64,000 nucleotides of DNA. Origin: Neoechinorhynchus agilis (lineage: Eukaryota > Animalia > Acanthocephala). The position numbers and the translations under genes were made by a program. Each line of letters starts with the position of its first letter. The stretch's first letter is position 1. This document shows, piece by piece, positions 34,015 through 46,326 of this stretch. The DNA lies in the NCBI GenBank assembly GCA_051530055.1, contig CM121343.1, positions 1,458,389-1,522,388 of the forward strand. The letters are read 5' to 3'. The notes under the pieces are model-generated. The model saw only the letters and a list, made by a program, of their open reading frames with translations, made no database searches and was not told where the DNA came from.

Positions 34015-36405
34015 ACCGGTCGAAGCACCCATGTAGTAGCGGAAGCTTTGAAATTCCATCTCCTCCCATTCAGGACAGGACGCCCACTCAAATTTCAGAG
34101 ATGAAAAAGGCCATCTCAACTTTTGCAAATGGTTCGGGTCACGGGCTTGACGGACTAAGGCCTCAGCACTTAAAGGACATGATGTCCTTTTCAACTGGTG
34201 AAGCAGCTCTCTCTCTAGAAAGTGCGCTTTCTCGAATAGTCGACCGCCTGACTGGAGAGGACCTGAACCCCGTTGCAAAAGACCTATTTTTCGGAGCATC
34301 ATTATGTGCTCTCACAAAAAAAGAAGGTGGGATTCGTCCCATCGCCGTATCTTCGACGATACGCCGACTTGCAGGAAAAATTCTCTGCAAACGTATTACA
34401 GAGAAAACCGGGCAGCAACTTCGTCCAGTCCAACTGGGCTGCTGCACATCCTGCGGGGCGGAAGCTATCGTCCACTCGCTCCGAAACTTTGCTACGAGTA
34501 GCTCAGCGCCGTGCGTGATTCTTAAGTGCGATTTTCGGAACGCCTTTAACTCTCTTAATAGAGAAAGCATGTTCCGCGCAATTAAGGAACACGCACCAGA
34601 AGCCTTCCAGTATTTTCTCAATGCCTACGGGACGGCGATTCCTTTGCTTTTCGAAGACCACCTCATTTGGTCCGAAAGAGGAGTGCAGCAAGGAGATCCC
34701 CTCGGTCCAATCGGATTCTCCCTAACAGTAAACCCAATAGCGCATTCTCTCCATTCCAGCTTCAACGCTTGGTACTTGGATGACGCTACGCTCGGAGGTG
34801 ATCCCTCCGTTGTACTGCGCGATTTGGAGACGCTGATTAGGGAGACCTCGAAGATGGGCATTGAGCTTAATGCTGGAAAATGTGAGCTCCTTGTACTGAA
34901 TATTGGAGACGCCGCTAAAGTCAAAGAACTAATGGCTGGGTTCGAGGCCGTAGCTCCAGGTCTGAAACTCGTGACTCGGGAACAACTCAGCCTCTTGGGC
35001 AGTTGTGTCTTCGATTCAAATGTGGAAGATGAGATCGGCCATATCATACCGAAACTTTCGTTGCTGTGCGATAGGATGTGCGCTCTCTCGGCTCATGAAG
35101 CCTTGTTTCTCATAAAGAACGCGCTCTTCATCCCCAAATTATTGTACAAGGTTCGCACAGCAACATTTTTCAAACACAAAGAAGGATTGGCAAAGCTGGA
35201 CAATAAAGTGAGGGCTTGCCTCGAGCGTATTTTAAATGTCCAGCTCTCAGATGAGGCGTGGCGACAAGCTTCTTTGCCTGTGTCATCTGGGGGATTGGGA
35301 ATTCGGGCACTAGTCGACCTTGCTTTGCCGGCCTTTCTTGGATCGTTTGAGGGGAGCCTACCAGTCTCGAAGAACATTTTGAAAGAAAAGTTTTGTCTTG
35401 ACCGGGATTTCGTGGTGGCGGTTGAGGAATGGTGCCAGCAGACAGGCGCTAACCAAGTTCCCGTGAATGGCCTCAGACAGTCGATCTGGGACGGACCTCT
35501 TGTCGCGAGAGCTCACAGCTCTCTTCTTTCAGGTTCTCGCGATGGGGTCGTCCGAGCTAGACTGTTGGCAGTTTCAACACGAGAATCTGGGGCGTGGTTG
35601 GAGGCTGTTCCTCTGGCATCTGTGGGAACTCTTCTTACTGACGAGGTGACGAGGATCGCAGTATCCTTAAGACTCGGTCTCCCGATATGCACGCCCCATC
35701 GCTGTCGATGTGGGTCTTTGGTTGATGCTTTCGGGCGACACGGTCTCGTCTGCAGAAGGTCAGCAGGAAGGTTTTCACGCCATTCTGAAATCAATAACGT
35801 AATTTCTCGGGCGTTGAGAACGGCGAACTTCCCGAACATCCTGGAAGCCGCCCACCTCTGCAGACTAGACGGCCGTAGGCCCGATGGAATTTCGGTCTTC
35901 CCGTGGCGGGAGGGCAAATGCCTTCTCTGGGACGCCACGTGTGTGGACACCCTCGCAGCCAGCAACATCCCCTACTCCCTCGAAATCGCCGGTGGTGCCG
36001 CCAGTGCAGCGGAAGGGAGGAAGGTACGAAAATATATGCAGCTATCGAGGGCTCACTATTTTGTCCCCTTTGGGGTAGAGACGTATGGAGCGCTCGGCAG
36101 CTCGGCACTCTCTCTGCTCAAGGATCTCTCGAAGAAATTGAGAGAGGCAACCGGAGACTCAAGAGCAGGCTTATTTCTTCGACAAAATATCTCGCTGGCA
36201 GTACAACGGGGCAATGCTGCCAGCGTGATGGCGACAGTCGAGGAAGGACAAAAGCTGGAATTTGGTGGGAGGTGGTGAATGTAAAGAAAAGTAACCAAAT
36301 AGAATTTTCGAAACAAAGTAACTTTTTTACCATTGACAATTTAATTTAATTTTTATAAATTCACCAATCTTTAAATTATCTTATGTACAATATCTTTATA
36401 TAAAA
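34015..36405 (+). mobile_element. CRE-like non-LTR retrotransposon (RT + CCHC + restriction-like endonuclease), 5'-truncated
   Basis: Single open frame from the junction to 36278; AT-rich 3' UTR ending near TATATAAAAAA (~36406). Confidence 0.88.
34101..36278 (+). CDS. RT-RLE polyprotein (C-terminal 725 aa, uninterrupted)
   Basis: GLDGLRPQHLKD, GGIRPIAV, DFRNAFNS, GVQQGDPLGP, YLDD, CRC..H..VC..RH zinc motif, RPDG..WDAT nuclease motif, QRGNA. Confidence 0.9.
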   Translation: MKKAISTFANGSGHGLDGLRPQHLKDMMSFSTGEAALSLESALSRIVDRLTGEDLNPVAKDLFFGASLCALTKKEGGIRPIAVSSTIRRLAGKILCKRITEKTGQQLRPVQLGCCTSCGAEAIVHSLRNFATSSSAPCVILKCDFRNAFNSLNRESMFRAIKEHAPEAFQYFLNAYGTAIPLLFEDHLIWSERGVQQGDPLGPIGFSLTVNPIAHSLHSSFNAWYLDDATLGGDPSVVLRDLETLIRETSKMGIELNAGKCELLVLNIGDAAKVKELMAGFEAVAPGLKLVTREQLSLLGSCVFDSNVEDEIGHIIPKLSLLCDRMCALSAHEALFLIKNALFIPKLLYKVRTATFFKHKEGLAKLDNKVRACLERILNVQLSDEAWRQASLPVSSGGLGIRALVDLALPAFLGSFEGSLPVSKNILKEKFCLDRDFVVAVEEWCQQTGANQVPVNGLRQSIWDGPLVARAHSSLLSGSRDGVVRARLLAVSTRESGAWLEAVPLASVGTLLTDEVTRIAVSLRLGLPICTPHRCRCGSLVDAFGRHGLVCRRSAGRFSRHSEINNVISRALRTANFPNILEAAHLCRLDGRRPDGISVFPWREGKCLLWDATCVDTLAASNIPYSLEIAGGAASAAEGRKVRKYMQLSRAHYFVPFGVETYGALGSSALSLLKDLSKKLREATGDSRAGLFLRQNISLAVQRGNAASVMATVEEGQKLEFGGRW

Positions 36406-36409
36406 AAGA

Positions 36410-39400
36410 GACAGAAACGGAAGAGCAGACTTTGTCAGAAAGGCTGAGGGATAATTTGGTACTCCATACACCGCATGAAGCAGCCAGAATAGCTGCCCTA
36501 CAGATGGAGAATCTTAGTTTTGAAATGCTTCAGGAAATAGCTCTTAAATTCGAAGCAACGACAAGAGCGATGGAGTTGATCCCGAAACCTGCAGCTGAGA
36601 TCGAAGAGCACGTGTAGCCGATAAAAAGAAATTCAAGAGACCTCAACAATCGGAGAAACGAATGCTCTAAATGTGGACTAGGCCATGAGCAAAATCACCA
36701 ATGTAAGGCACGGATGATCAGGTGTTTCAAGTGTGGAAGATATGGCCATGTCGCTAGAAAGTGACGGAGTCAAAATGTGAGCATGCTGCTGCGAATCATC
36801 CCCGATCCGAGCGAGAACGAATTTCAGGTTACAAAAATTGAGAAAATACCGATCCAAAAGCAAGTATGGGTGGAAGTCAGGATAAATGGTTCTAAAGTTT
36901 CGATGCAATTTGACACAGGTGCCGATGCCAGTATAATAAGTAAAGTCGTTTGGAATCGCATAGGGAAACCAGCTCATTATTGACCGGTTTCAGTGGATCG
37001 AGGATACCGAATTTGGGACAATGCAAGGTATGGGTGGAAGTTGAAAATCAAAGGAATAAGGTCCCGGTGACTGTGATAGATAGGGCACCTCGATGTTTGT
37101 TCAGACTGGTATGGTGCAGGGAATTCGAGATGAAGCTGCCTTATCAGGTTTTCGTAAATACCGTTAACGAAGGATCAAGGGACGTACGTTTACAAAAGCT
37201 TGTTGGTGATTATGCGAATGTATTTCGAAAAACCCAAGACACGATCAAGAATTATAAAGTTAAATTATCATTGAAAAAGAATGCCGAACCCATTTTTCTG
37301 CCAGCTCGTTGGATACCGTTCGCATTGATTAAACCGTTCAAAGAAGAATTACAGCGACTGGAAGGTAAAGGAATTCTCAAGCCAGTGCAGAGCGCCCAAC
37401 AGTCAATCGAATGGGCGACACCGATTATGCCCATAAAAATACCCGATGGAAGGATTCGGAGTTGCGGGGACTTTAAGGTGCCTAGTATGGAGGTACTAGC
37501 GGGTAAATTGTTCAATGGTTAGAAGCATTCTGTCTTAGACCTGGCTGATGCATATTTACAATTGGAAGTTGACGAGGACATTAAGGGACTATTGACGATT
37601 GCAACTCCCTGGGGGTTGTTCAGCTATCAAAGACTCAAATTCGGAATTTCTGCAGCTCCGAAGATGTTTCAGCTGTTCATGGATGAGCTGCTTGAGGGCA
37701 TACCGATGACACAAGCATATATTGATGATATTATTGTCTCGGGGACGAATGATGAGGACCATTTGCGGAACTTGAAGACTGTCCTTTCAAGGCTGGAATC
37801 GGCGGGAGTGCGAGTAAAGAAGGACAAATGTCAATTTCTAAAAGAACATGTTAGTTATATGGGGCACTCTCTGGTGAAGGGGAATGACAAGCAAGTGCAG
37901 AACGAGTGGATGCTTTGAAACTGGCGGCAGATCCTGTTTGTAAGAAAGAGCTGCGGTCCTTTTTAGGTGCGGTTAACTTCTTAGACAAATTCATACCACA
38001 TTTGCAAACAATTTGTACACCGTTGCACGATTTGCTTAGAGTGAATGCCAAATGGAAATGAAAAATGCGTTTATTGATGTCAAGGAGGCCGTATCGAATC
38101 ATATCAGCTTGATCCTATTCGATGAAATGAAACCAGTGACCTTAGCTTGTGATGCTAGCGAGAAAGGAGTTGGAGCTGCTATTTTCCAAGTTGACGAGCG
38201 AAACCAGAAATATATGCCTATCATGTTTGCTTCCAAGAAACTCAGCCCAGCAGAGCTAAAATATTCAACGTTGGATAAGGAAGCGCTGGCTATCGTATGT
38301 GGGGTCAAGAGATTTCATAAATTTCTTTTTGGCCGACACTTCACGATCGAAACGGATCATCAACCGTTAAGGCATATATTTGGAGAAAACAGAACATAAA
38401 GCAAGATGACCAATGGACGGATAGTACGTTGGGCAAGTACGATTACGTTGTGAGATATGTGAAGGGCAAAACGAATTTGTATGCCGATTGTCTATCTCGC
38501 TTACACAACCCACTAAGTCTAGAAGCAAAGGAGAGCACAGTCGACGCCAGGACGTTGTTCACGATTCAGAACGAAGGTGCCAAACACTGTCAGCTATCAA
38601 GAAGGACGATTATTGAGGCTACGAAATACGATTATGAGACTCAACGAATAGTCAGGTTTTTGAAATACGGTTGGGAGCCTAAGATGGATGGAGATAAAAA
38701 GAAATACTGGGACCGAAGAAGCGAATTGTAAGAGGAAAACGGCATGCTCATGATACACCAACTAATTGTCATTAGTAAGCAATTGCGCCCAGCGGTGTTG
38801 AGTGTGCTCCACGACGGTCATCCGGGCATCGATGCCATGAGGAACCTATCAAGACATTATGTTTGGTAGCCGAAAATTGGAGCAGACGTGGAAATCTTCG
38901 TCAATCAATGCAAAACTGCCAGGGGCGAAGAATTCTGAAGAAAAGACAACCGATGTATCCATGGGATACTCCAGCAACACCATGGACAAGACTTCACATC
39001 GATTTGACAGGGTCCGTCTATGGTAAGATGTTTTTGTTGTTAATGGATGCCACGAGTAAGTGGCCGGAGATTTGGAACTTGGGAAGTAGGGCAACGACTG
39101 GTAGTGTGATAGCCAAACTCAAAGATTGCTTTGCCAGATTCGGAATTCCAAAACAGATTGTCTCCGAAAATGGTCCCCAATTCACTTCAGAACAGTTTGA
39201 AGTATTTTGTAAAGGACAGGGAATTCAACACATCAAATCGAGTCCATATAACCCTCAGACCAATGGGTTGGTAGAACTAATGGTTGGTACTTTCAAACGA
39301 AGAACGATGGACAAAATCGGGGATATTAATCAAGAGGAATTATGGGCGTTTCTTTTTAATTATAGAAATTCCAAGAACAATGTCACCAAAATAACACCAG

Positions 39401-40087
39401 TGGAAAAATTAATAGGTAGACGTTTGCCCATATTTTCGACAATATGCATACATCAATTGATGAAAAAGACGCCTCAGAAAATTCGAAAGTGAAGTTCGAT
39501 CTGAAGAAAGAGCACCAATTTCAAGACAAGGACTTGATTTGGTATAAGCGACCTATAGATGACACATGGAAAGGAAAGATAGAGCGCAGGACAGGGCCGG
39601 TATCTTATCGTGTTGTTGATGAAAACGGTAAAGAGCAGAGGATTCATGTGGACTATTTACGATGCAGATGGGAAAAGAGACTAGCAATGCAGAGTTGGAT
39701 GAAACAAAGTTCGCTATGATAGAACCACAGAGAATAGGATGGATGGATCGAGGTCCACAGAGACAGATGAGGAAGAGAAGTCGTCATCAAAGAACGAAGG
39801 GGATTCGGCGAATGAGAAGCCAGCGTCTGAAAAAGAAGCAAGTGAGGCCGTCGACGATCGGGCGAAGCAGGGGAAGCTAGCTAAAAAAAGGAACCAGAGA
39901 AGCTACTGCGGAGAAGCACAATAATAAGACGACCCCCACAACTTATCAAATTTGATTGGGAGAAGAGATGTGGTGATCGATAATACGGTGACGAGTGACG
40001 TATGTAGAGTCTGTCGTTGATTATTATGGTAGCAGTGTGGCAGCACGTTTGTGTGAGTGTTGTTGTTAATAAAGTAATATGATAGCA
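36410..40087 (+). mobile_element. Gypsy (Mag-like) LTR retrotransposon, decayed, lacking 5' LTR and gag N-terminus
   Basis: gag with two CCHC knuckles, protease FDTGA, RT YIDD, RNase H CDAS..KEALAI..TDH, integrase HDGH..RLHID..SENGPQF..GLVE; multiple stops and frameshifts. Confidence 0.92.
39969..40087 (+). repeat. Short 3' LTR (~119 bp)
   Basis: The purine tract GGGAGAAGAGA (39958-39968) is followed directly by TG...; it contains AATAAA and ends CA at 40087. No second LTR is present to confirm the end. Confidence 0.6.
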
Positions 40088-40440
40088 GACTGGATTGGCT
40101 CAGCCTCGTATTGCCGGCGTCAACGGGGAGCGTCGACGGATTTTCTGGTGTTGCCGGCTGAAGCGATCGCGGGATTTGACCAGATCCCCCACGACGTGAT
40201 TTGATGGGCCCATGAATGCACAAAACTCCGAATTTCGTGATTGAAAAAGAGTCTAAACAAACGGAGCATATACCTTTGGAGAGGCCCAGTGTCCCGGTAG
40301 CGTTGGGCGTTTCCTCGGTATTTGATTGGTCCGAATACGTAGTTTGGCTGTCGTTGCTGGTTGCGCCAAATTGTATCATTGCAGCGTCAACGGGTCGTGA
40401 TATCAGATAAGGATCGTGTGTGCAAATGAAATTGCTTGTC
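40088..40440 (-). mobile_element. CRE-like element 5' fragment (N-terminal zinc finger)
   Basis: CSVCLDSFSITKFGVLCIHGP..GSG, similar to CSVCGKSYKLTNLG at 54.4 kb. Confidence 0.55.
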
Positions 40441-40639
40441 ACAAAGTAGTGATTTGATGAACATAATTTAGTTTTGCTTGTAAGTTTGTTATGATCTTTT
40501 TGAGTTTTATCCTGTTTGTTTTTCTGATTGTTGAAGTGTTTTTTTTCAATGTCCGTAGCCGAAGAATTTATCGTAAAAATATTTTGTAAACCACTCCTTA
40601 AAGATCAAAGGTTATTTTGTAATCATAAATTATAAAGAA

Positions 40640-41060
40640 TTTCCATTTTTCAATTGAATCGTTGACTAGAGATTTGCGCCTTGCTATTTCTCGAACAAAC
40701 GAAGCAGTAAAGCAGCTACATTCTATGAGTTTTGCTCGATCTGAGCAATTCCTTCTGATGCGAAAGGTTTCGTTACTCTCCTCTGAAAATAGCACTTATT
40801 ATGAGCTCATTTTGAAATCGCTACAAGTGGATGTTCATAAAACGCTGGAATATTTGCGAAGATTTAGTACAGTAGATCAGAGAGTACAAGAGATTAAGTT
40901 GCAGGGATTTCTAGTCAATGTGAAAGTAACATATTGGTTGAGGGAACATATCTTTTGGGACTAAACCTCTTTTTTCCATATTATCGGAATCCAAACGAAT
41001 TCAAGAAGAGCGAATATGCAACAACTAATAGACATTATCGATAGGAAACGAACTTTGGTC
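40640..41060 (+). other. Unknown repeated ORF, copy 1 (short deletion near 40962)
   Basis: High similarity to 57943..58359 on the opposite strand; no recognised domain. Confidence 0.6.
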
Positions 41061-41421
41061 ACTTGTACTCGACTTTGTGAGAGGGGAAATCAAGAATATG
41101 TAATATTTGTAAAATATATGGTTAATGATAGTGTTTGTAGTGGTTATGAGTTCATTGCCTCCATATTGGATGTTAAGGCTTACAATTATGTTGTAGCATT
41201 TCTATATCTATCCAGAAATAGCTCCTATCGGCCCGCCGGAGGTATGCGCCCAAAGGTTAGGTAGTGCGAAACTGTCCTATTAGTTTGATTATTTCCATTA
41301 CCCTTTCGTAATAGCTTTAAATCGCCAATGAAGAAACAATGGTACAGGAGTTCAAGCGGACAGAGTCCACGAAAACGAGCTTGGCACACCCATTACCCGA
41401 GCGCGTTAAAAAGTTCAGCCT

Positions 41422-41694
41422 TTGAAATTAGTTTTGGCCGTAAACAATGTCCAAAATAAAGTCGGATATACGCTCAGGAACAGAAAAAAGAAAACATGTT
41501 CAACATTTAGGGAAGAGTGGCTTTCAAAATTTCGAGAAATAGAAACGACATCATCATCGACCAAGAAGACGGTGAAACGTGGAGATATTTCTATCCACAA
41601 AGACAATGATGTTTGCACTCTTTGTACCAGCGCGAAAGCAACCTGGAAGTCTGGGAGTGGAAAAGGTGGGATGAATGGAAATTTGATTATTTAA
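41422..41694 (+). pseudogene. Possible hAT-type transposase N-terminal zinc-finger fragment
   Basis: TFREEWLSKF...VCTLC...W.SG resembles the TTF/BED-type finger; weak. Confidence 0.3.
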
Positions 41695-41874
41695 AGAGAA
41701 ATATTGGTAAAAAATTCATATTGATTCAGTTATAAAGTTGCTCAACAAGGATAGGGATGAAAGTTTACGGGTCAGGCACCGCGTAGGAAACTGAAGAATA
41801 CTCACGAAAGTTTTAATCATTCAGGGTATGAAACAAACCGGCTTGCTAGTAAAAAACCTTAAAATAGAATACTG

Positions 41875-42285
41875 AATAAAAACAAAAGTGAAAATTGTTA
41901 TAAGTTTTGACCGGTAAACGACGTGTAAAGTTCATCACTTACAAATTTACTTACACTCTCCACTGAAGAAGCCGAAATGCTCGATCTTTTTGATGCCACG
42001 CAGAAAAAGAGCAAACTGACAGCGTTTTTCAGAATTACGAAGCATCGGGCGCAGTCGACGCTGAGAGTAGAAAACGTGTATAAACGAAAGAAATTCGATA
42101 AAAATCAGAATGCCGGTCGTGTTACGTCGATATTTTAAACTTTTGATTTCTCGCTTGTAATTCCTTTACCTGCGATGTGGAAAGCGAAATGTATCTTTCT
42201 TATAGAAAAGGAAGATGTTTCATAGTCTAAGGGAAATTTCCGTAAATGTGGAATGTAATTAAAAATTTGATCAAAAATTCAATGC
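41875..42285 (+). repeat. Dispersed ~400-bp repeat, copy 2
   Basis: Matches 7150-7577. Confidence 0.85.
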
Positions 42286-42289
42286 CGTT

Positions 42290-45200
42290 CTTGATTTGCA
42301 ATGTCCTTTTCTCGGTCACGATTTCTATATCGGTCTCTGACACAATTTATTTTTAACAACCCTTTTTAAATATCTCTGCAAACGCATTCAAATCTACAAT
42401 CACCGAGTCCTTCCACATTAAACACGATTTCCCTCCGAAAACAAGTAAAAAATTATCACTCAACCTCTACTCAAGGAAACCATAAATCCGCCTGTCCAAC
42501 CGTAGCTGATCTACAGTCTCAACTAAAAACTCGTTCCTATCATTGCCAATCACTCATCCCAACACAAATTTTCGATTCGCTACCGGACTTCTCAGTTTAG
42601 GATAATCAATGGTTCTAGATCGGCAACTTGTAACGATTCCTCCTTTAACACACCACCCACAACGAACAATGCAATCCCAATCTCCCTCACCTTCGCCCCC
42701 GATTTCCCGAAATCCAAAATTACCTTCCCCGCCGTTTTCTACTCCAATACTCGTATCCGCCTTCCTAAACTAGATGAAATTTCACTCATTTCATCTACCT
42801 CAAAAGCCGACGTAGTCATCTTAACAGAAACGTGGCTTACCCCCTTCAACAGCGATTCATTCATCCTTCCCGGGTACTCTTCCTTCCATACATGCAGCGA
42901 TGACCGTCCAGAAGGGAGGTCTCAATTTACGTATGGCAATCGCTACCTTACTCTTTATCTCTCACAGACTCTCTCCAAAACATCGATTTAGAATTCATCG
43001 CAGTCCATTTCATAGCTCCTCTGAGAAACACCCTTAGAGAATTCACCATTGCTGGCGTCTATCGCCCTCCCGCCTCCCTACCTGAGTCCTCCATGCTCCA
43101 AATTGACTCTATGATGGAGCTTATAAACTCCACAAATTCGCACCATTTCTTAATTGCAGGGGACTCCAATAATCTATTTCCTCTTCTAAACTCGTCTTAA
43201 CGCTCACCTCGACAAAGTGTTCGCAAATATCGACGCCTACTCATTCGCCTCTAAACTCAATCCCCCCCGCGAACTCTGACCATTCCTCTGCCCTTATCAC
43301 ACCCTTCACCCCACCTCAGCGTTTAAAATCTTCTCGTTTACCCGTCTGGGATAAACGTGATCGTCACATCCACAATTTTATAAAATTATTCAACTCTAAC
43401 ATCCGCACATCCCACTCTGACAACACAAATGACCCTTCCTTGGCCATTTCCTCCCTAACCTCAATCATAGAAAATTCCCTAGCTTCGGCAATTCCCAAGA
43501 AATTCATTAGGATCCCCAACCACGACCCCCTGGACAAACTTCTTCAAAAGCAATCTTCTAAGGCCCACCGCAATAACCACCCAGACTTTCCACGTTCACA
43601 AATAGCTCTAACAAAATGCTTATCGTCCGCAAAATCTTTCGTTCCTCTAAAATTCGTTCGGGTAGCAATTCACATGGTGGCTGGCCGTCACGGACTCTCT
43701 TGGTCTACGCCACCCGGATCCCTTCCCTAATTTGTTCTCGACTGAATTAAAACAGGTTCTAGATTCCATTAATCGGGGCCTCTGCCCTGACTCAATTTAC
43801 AATCACCGCTCAACATCAGTTTCCACACAATCTTTCACGCCCACACCTAAAACTTTTGTCAACCTGCCGATACTCCCCTCAGTTTCGTCATACGAAGTTC
43901 TCATGAAATTACCTAAAAATTCGTTCTCTCAATCCGAAATCCCGAACTGGGCTCCTCGCTGCATCATCCCCAAACTTCTCAGCCCCCTTACCCACATTAT
44001 AAACTTCACCTTTTTATATGACATCTACCCCTGTTGCCTGAAAACTGCCAAAGTTATACTCGTTCCAAAAAGGGCATCCTATTTCGGCCGAATCATTCCG
44101 TCCAATTTCGATTCTACCCGCTCTTTCAAAAATCATCGAAAAATGTTTAAATCTCGCCTTCTTTCACTTCACGAAAGGTTGTCGCTCCTACAATTTGGCT
44201 TCCGACCCGGATTTTCTGCAACCGACGCCCTACTTTGCATTTGTGACACGCTTCTACATAATCTCGGCAATAACCCCTCCCATGTCACTCGTCTCATTCA
44301 ACTTGATTTATCTAAAGCTTTCGACTCAGTGGACCATTCACTCCTTCTCCGGGCCTGCTTCGATTTTGGTCTGAACTTGTGGCAGATCCGCTGGCTCGAA
44401 TCTTATCTTCACAATCGCAAACAATACATTCACTGCCGTTCCACCTCTTCTATCAGCCTATCCCTCTCCAAAGGCGTACCTCAAGGTGCTGTGCTGTCAT
44501 AACTTCACTTTAATATATTTCTAAACAACCTCAAACTTCTCTCCTCTCACTCTAAACTCTTCTTATACGCCGACGATATCACACTCATCACCCATTCACC
44601 ACCCCACCTTTCCCTTTCTTTAACCTCTAAAGAAATCACACACATAAAAGATTTCTGCACCAATCACAAACTCCATCTCAATTTCTCTAAATGCTTCGAA
44701 ATTATCCCCTCGCCCGCAACCCCACAATATCCCCTGAGCTTATAAACGACATCCAACGAGTAACCTCCGTGAGAATTCTGGTTATCCAATTTCAATCAAA
44801 TTTAAAATGGGACTCGCACATCACTCTGTCCCTCAAGCACAACAATTTTAAAATTTCTCTACTCAAGCGCCTCGGACATTTAGGAATCCCTTCACCCGAC
44901 CTCTACCAATTTTACTTCTGCCTTATTTTACCCTCCCTTACCTACGGTTATCCCGTCTTCTACAACTTTTCCAAATCTCAAATCCGTCGTCTTGAAATTC
45001 TTCATAAAATAGCATCTAAAATTTGCACAACTTACTTTCCCCCTCTCACCGAATGCCTTGATGCTATTTTCATTAAACAATCAAAACGCCTTTCAACCCT
45101 ACCACCACCATTTCTTCCACATACCGCTCCCTTTTCACACGAGCACAACACTCGTAATCCTAATTCATTTTACCCTCCTATACCTCGCACCTGACTATAT

Positions 45201-45540
45201 CTACGCTCCCTTTTCCATGCTGCCCAATCTTCTCGGATATCATAACCCGAATTGATTCTAAGGAAAGACCAAACTTACAAGCGCTCTTGCAAACAATATC
45301 CGCCAATTCCCACCAGAACGAACCTTCCAAACCGGCCGGATATTCTCAATCGAACGGATACATCCTCACCCGAACGAACCGTCCCCGACTGGAGAGTTCC
45401 TACCCGAATAGACATCCCTCCGATCACATATGACCTCCGGAACGGACACCCCTCGACTGCATATTCCCATATTAACGTATGAGGACCCAAAGTTACATTG
45501 GTCGTCCTAAAATTTTTTTTGTGTTTTCAATAAACGTGTT
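42290..45540 (+). mobile_element. CR1/L2-group LINE, decayed
   Basis: C-rich plus strand; ADVVILTETWL (APE), LDLSKAFDSVDH, GVPQGAVL, YADD, ILPSLTYG..LEILHKIA, HNTRN; AATAAA at 45529. Confidence 0.8.
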
Positions 45541-46326
45541 ATCATCATTCCTTGATAAATAATCCAAATTGTCCGTTAAATATCAACGAAGGGAGACAAC
45601 TATTTCCCCTGCTAACTTTGAGCGAAAACTCGAAGATCAAAAACGCAAAATTTGCCATCGATTTCCTTACAAATTATAAGTGCATATAAATCAGTTTCTC
45701 TCGAGTACTTAATTTTTTAAGCTGACCTCCAAAAAAACTTTTAAGAAGAACAAAAAAATTTCGATTCAATTTTTTAGGTGATTAAAGTACTTCAAAAAAT
45801 AGAACATGCTGATGTTTTATCGCACAAGAATACATTTCTTGTAACATTTAAGTAAGTGATCGATTATAAATAAGACAACACATTGAAGTAGTATTTCACT
45901 AGGTCTACATCGTCTTTAAAAAGTTAAAATCATTCTCGCATCTAAAATTTTCTCCCTAATCTCGAGCGAAGTTCAGCAAGGCGATTTATTCTCACGCCCA
46001 TCGTGCTCGATCCAAAAGTAATGCAACGGAACGAAACTAATTTCCGTAATGTACGATAATCAAATCGATATTGTTGTGGATTTCTGGAATCGGGCAGGAG
46101 TTCGAAATTAATAATTACCCGACTTAGCCAGCTCAATTTTTTTATTTATTCTGAGCTTATTTACAACGCATTTCGAGAGCATCTTTGCAGGTGAGTACAT
46201 TTATCGTCATTTTAACGAGCAAGTAAACCCGCTTCTTTTGGAAAAGTAACAAGCTTTAAAGAATTGTTGCGTTCTAAATCGACACTGTTCACAGCGAAGT
46301 TTCTGTAGCGCTTGAAATCGGATAAA

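Noticed and set aside
33559-34104. Apparent GIY-YIG to CRE fusion ORF
   Set aside because: The GIY-YIG frame crosses the junction out of frame with the CRE RT and stops; it is a chance read-through.
33547-34302. Long antisense ORFs over retroelements (also 15428..15862, 39903..40442, 56244..57035)
   Set aside because: These are shadows of TE coding strands or chimeras across junctions, with no independent motifs.
41788-41845. CTGAAGA-ATACTC..GGGTAT-GAAA hammerhead-like motif
   Set aside because: Stem II is plausible but there is no UH site or stem I/III.
45529-45545. AATAAA..TTATCAT at the end of the CR1/L2 element, resembling the LINE target motif
   Set aside because: Only ATCAT of the 11-mer matches, in AT-rich DNA and a different clade; likely chance.
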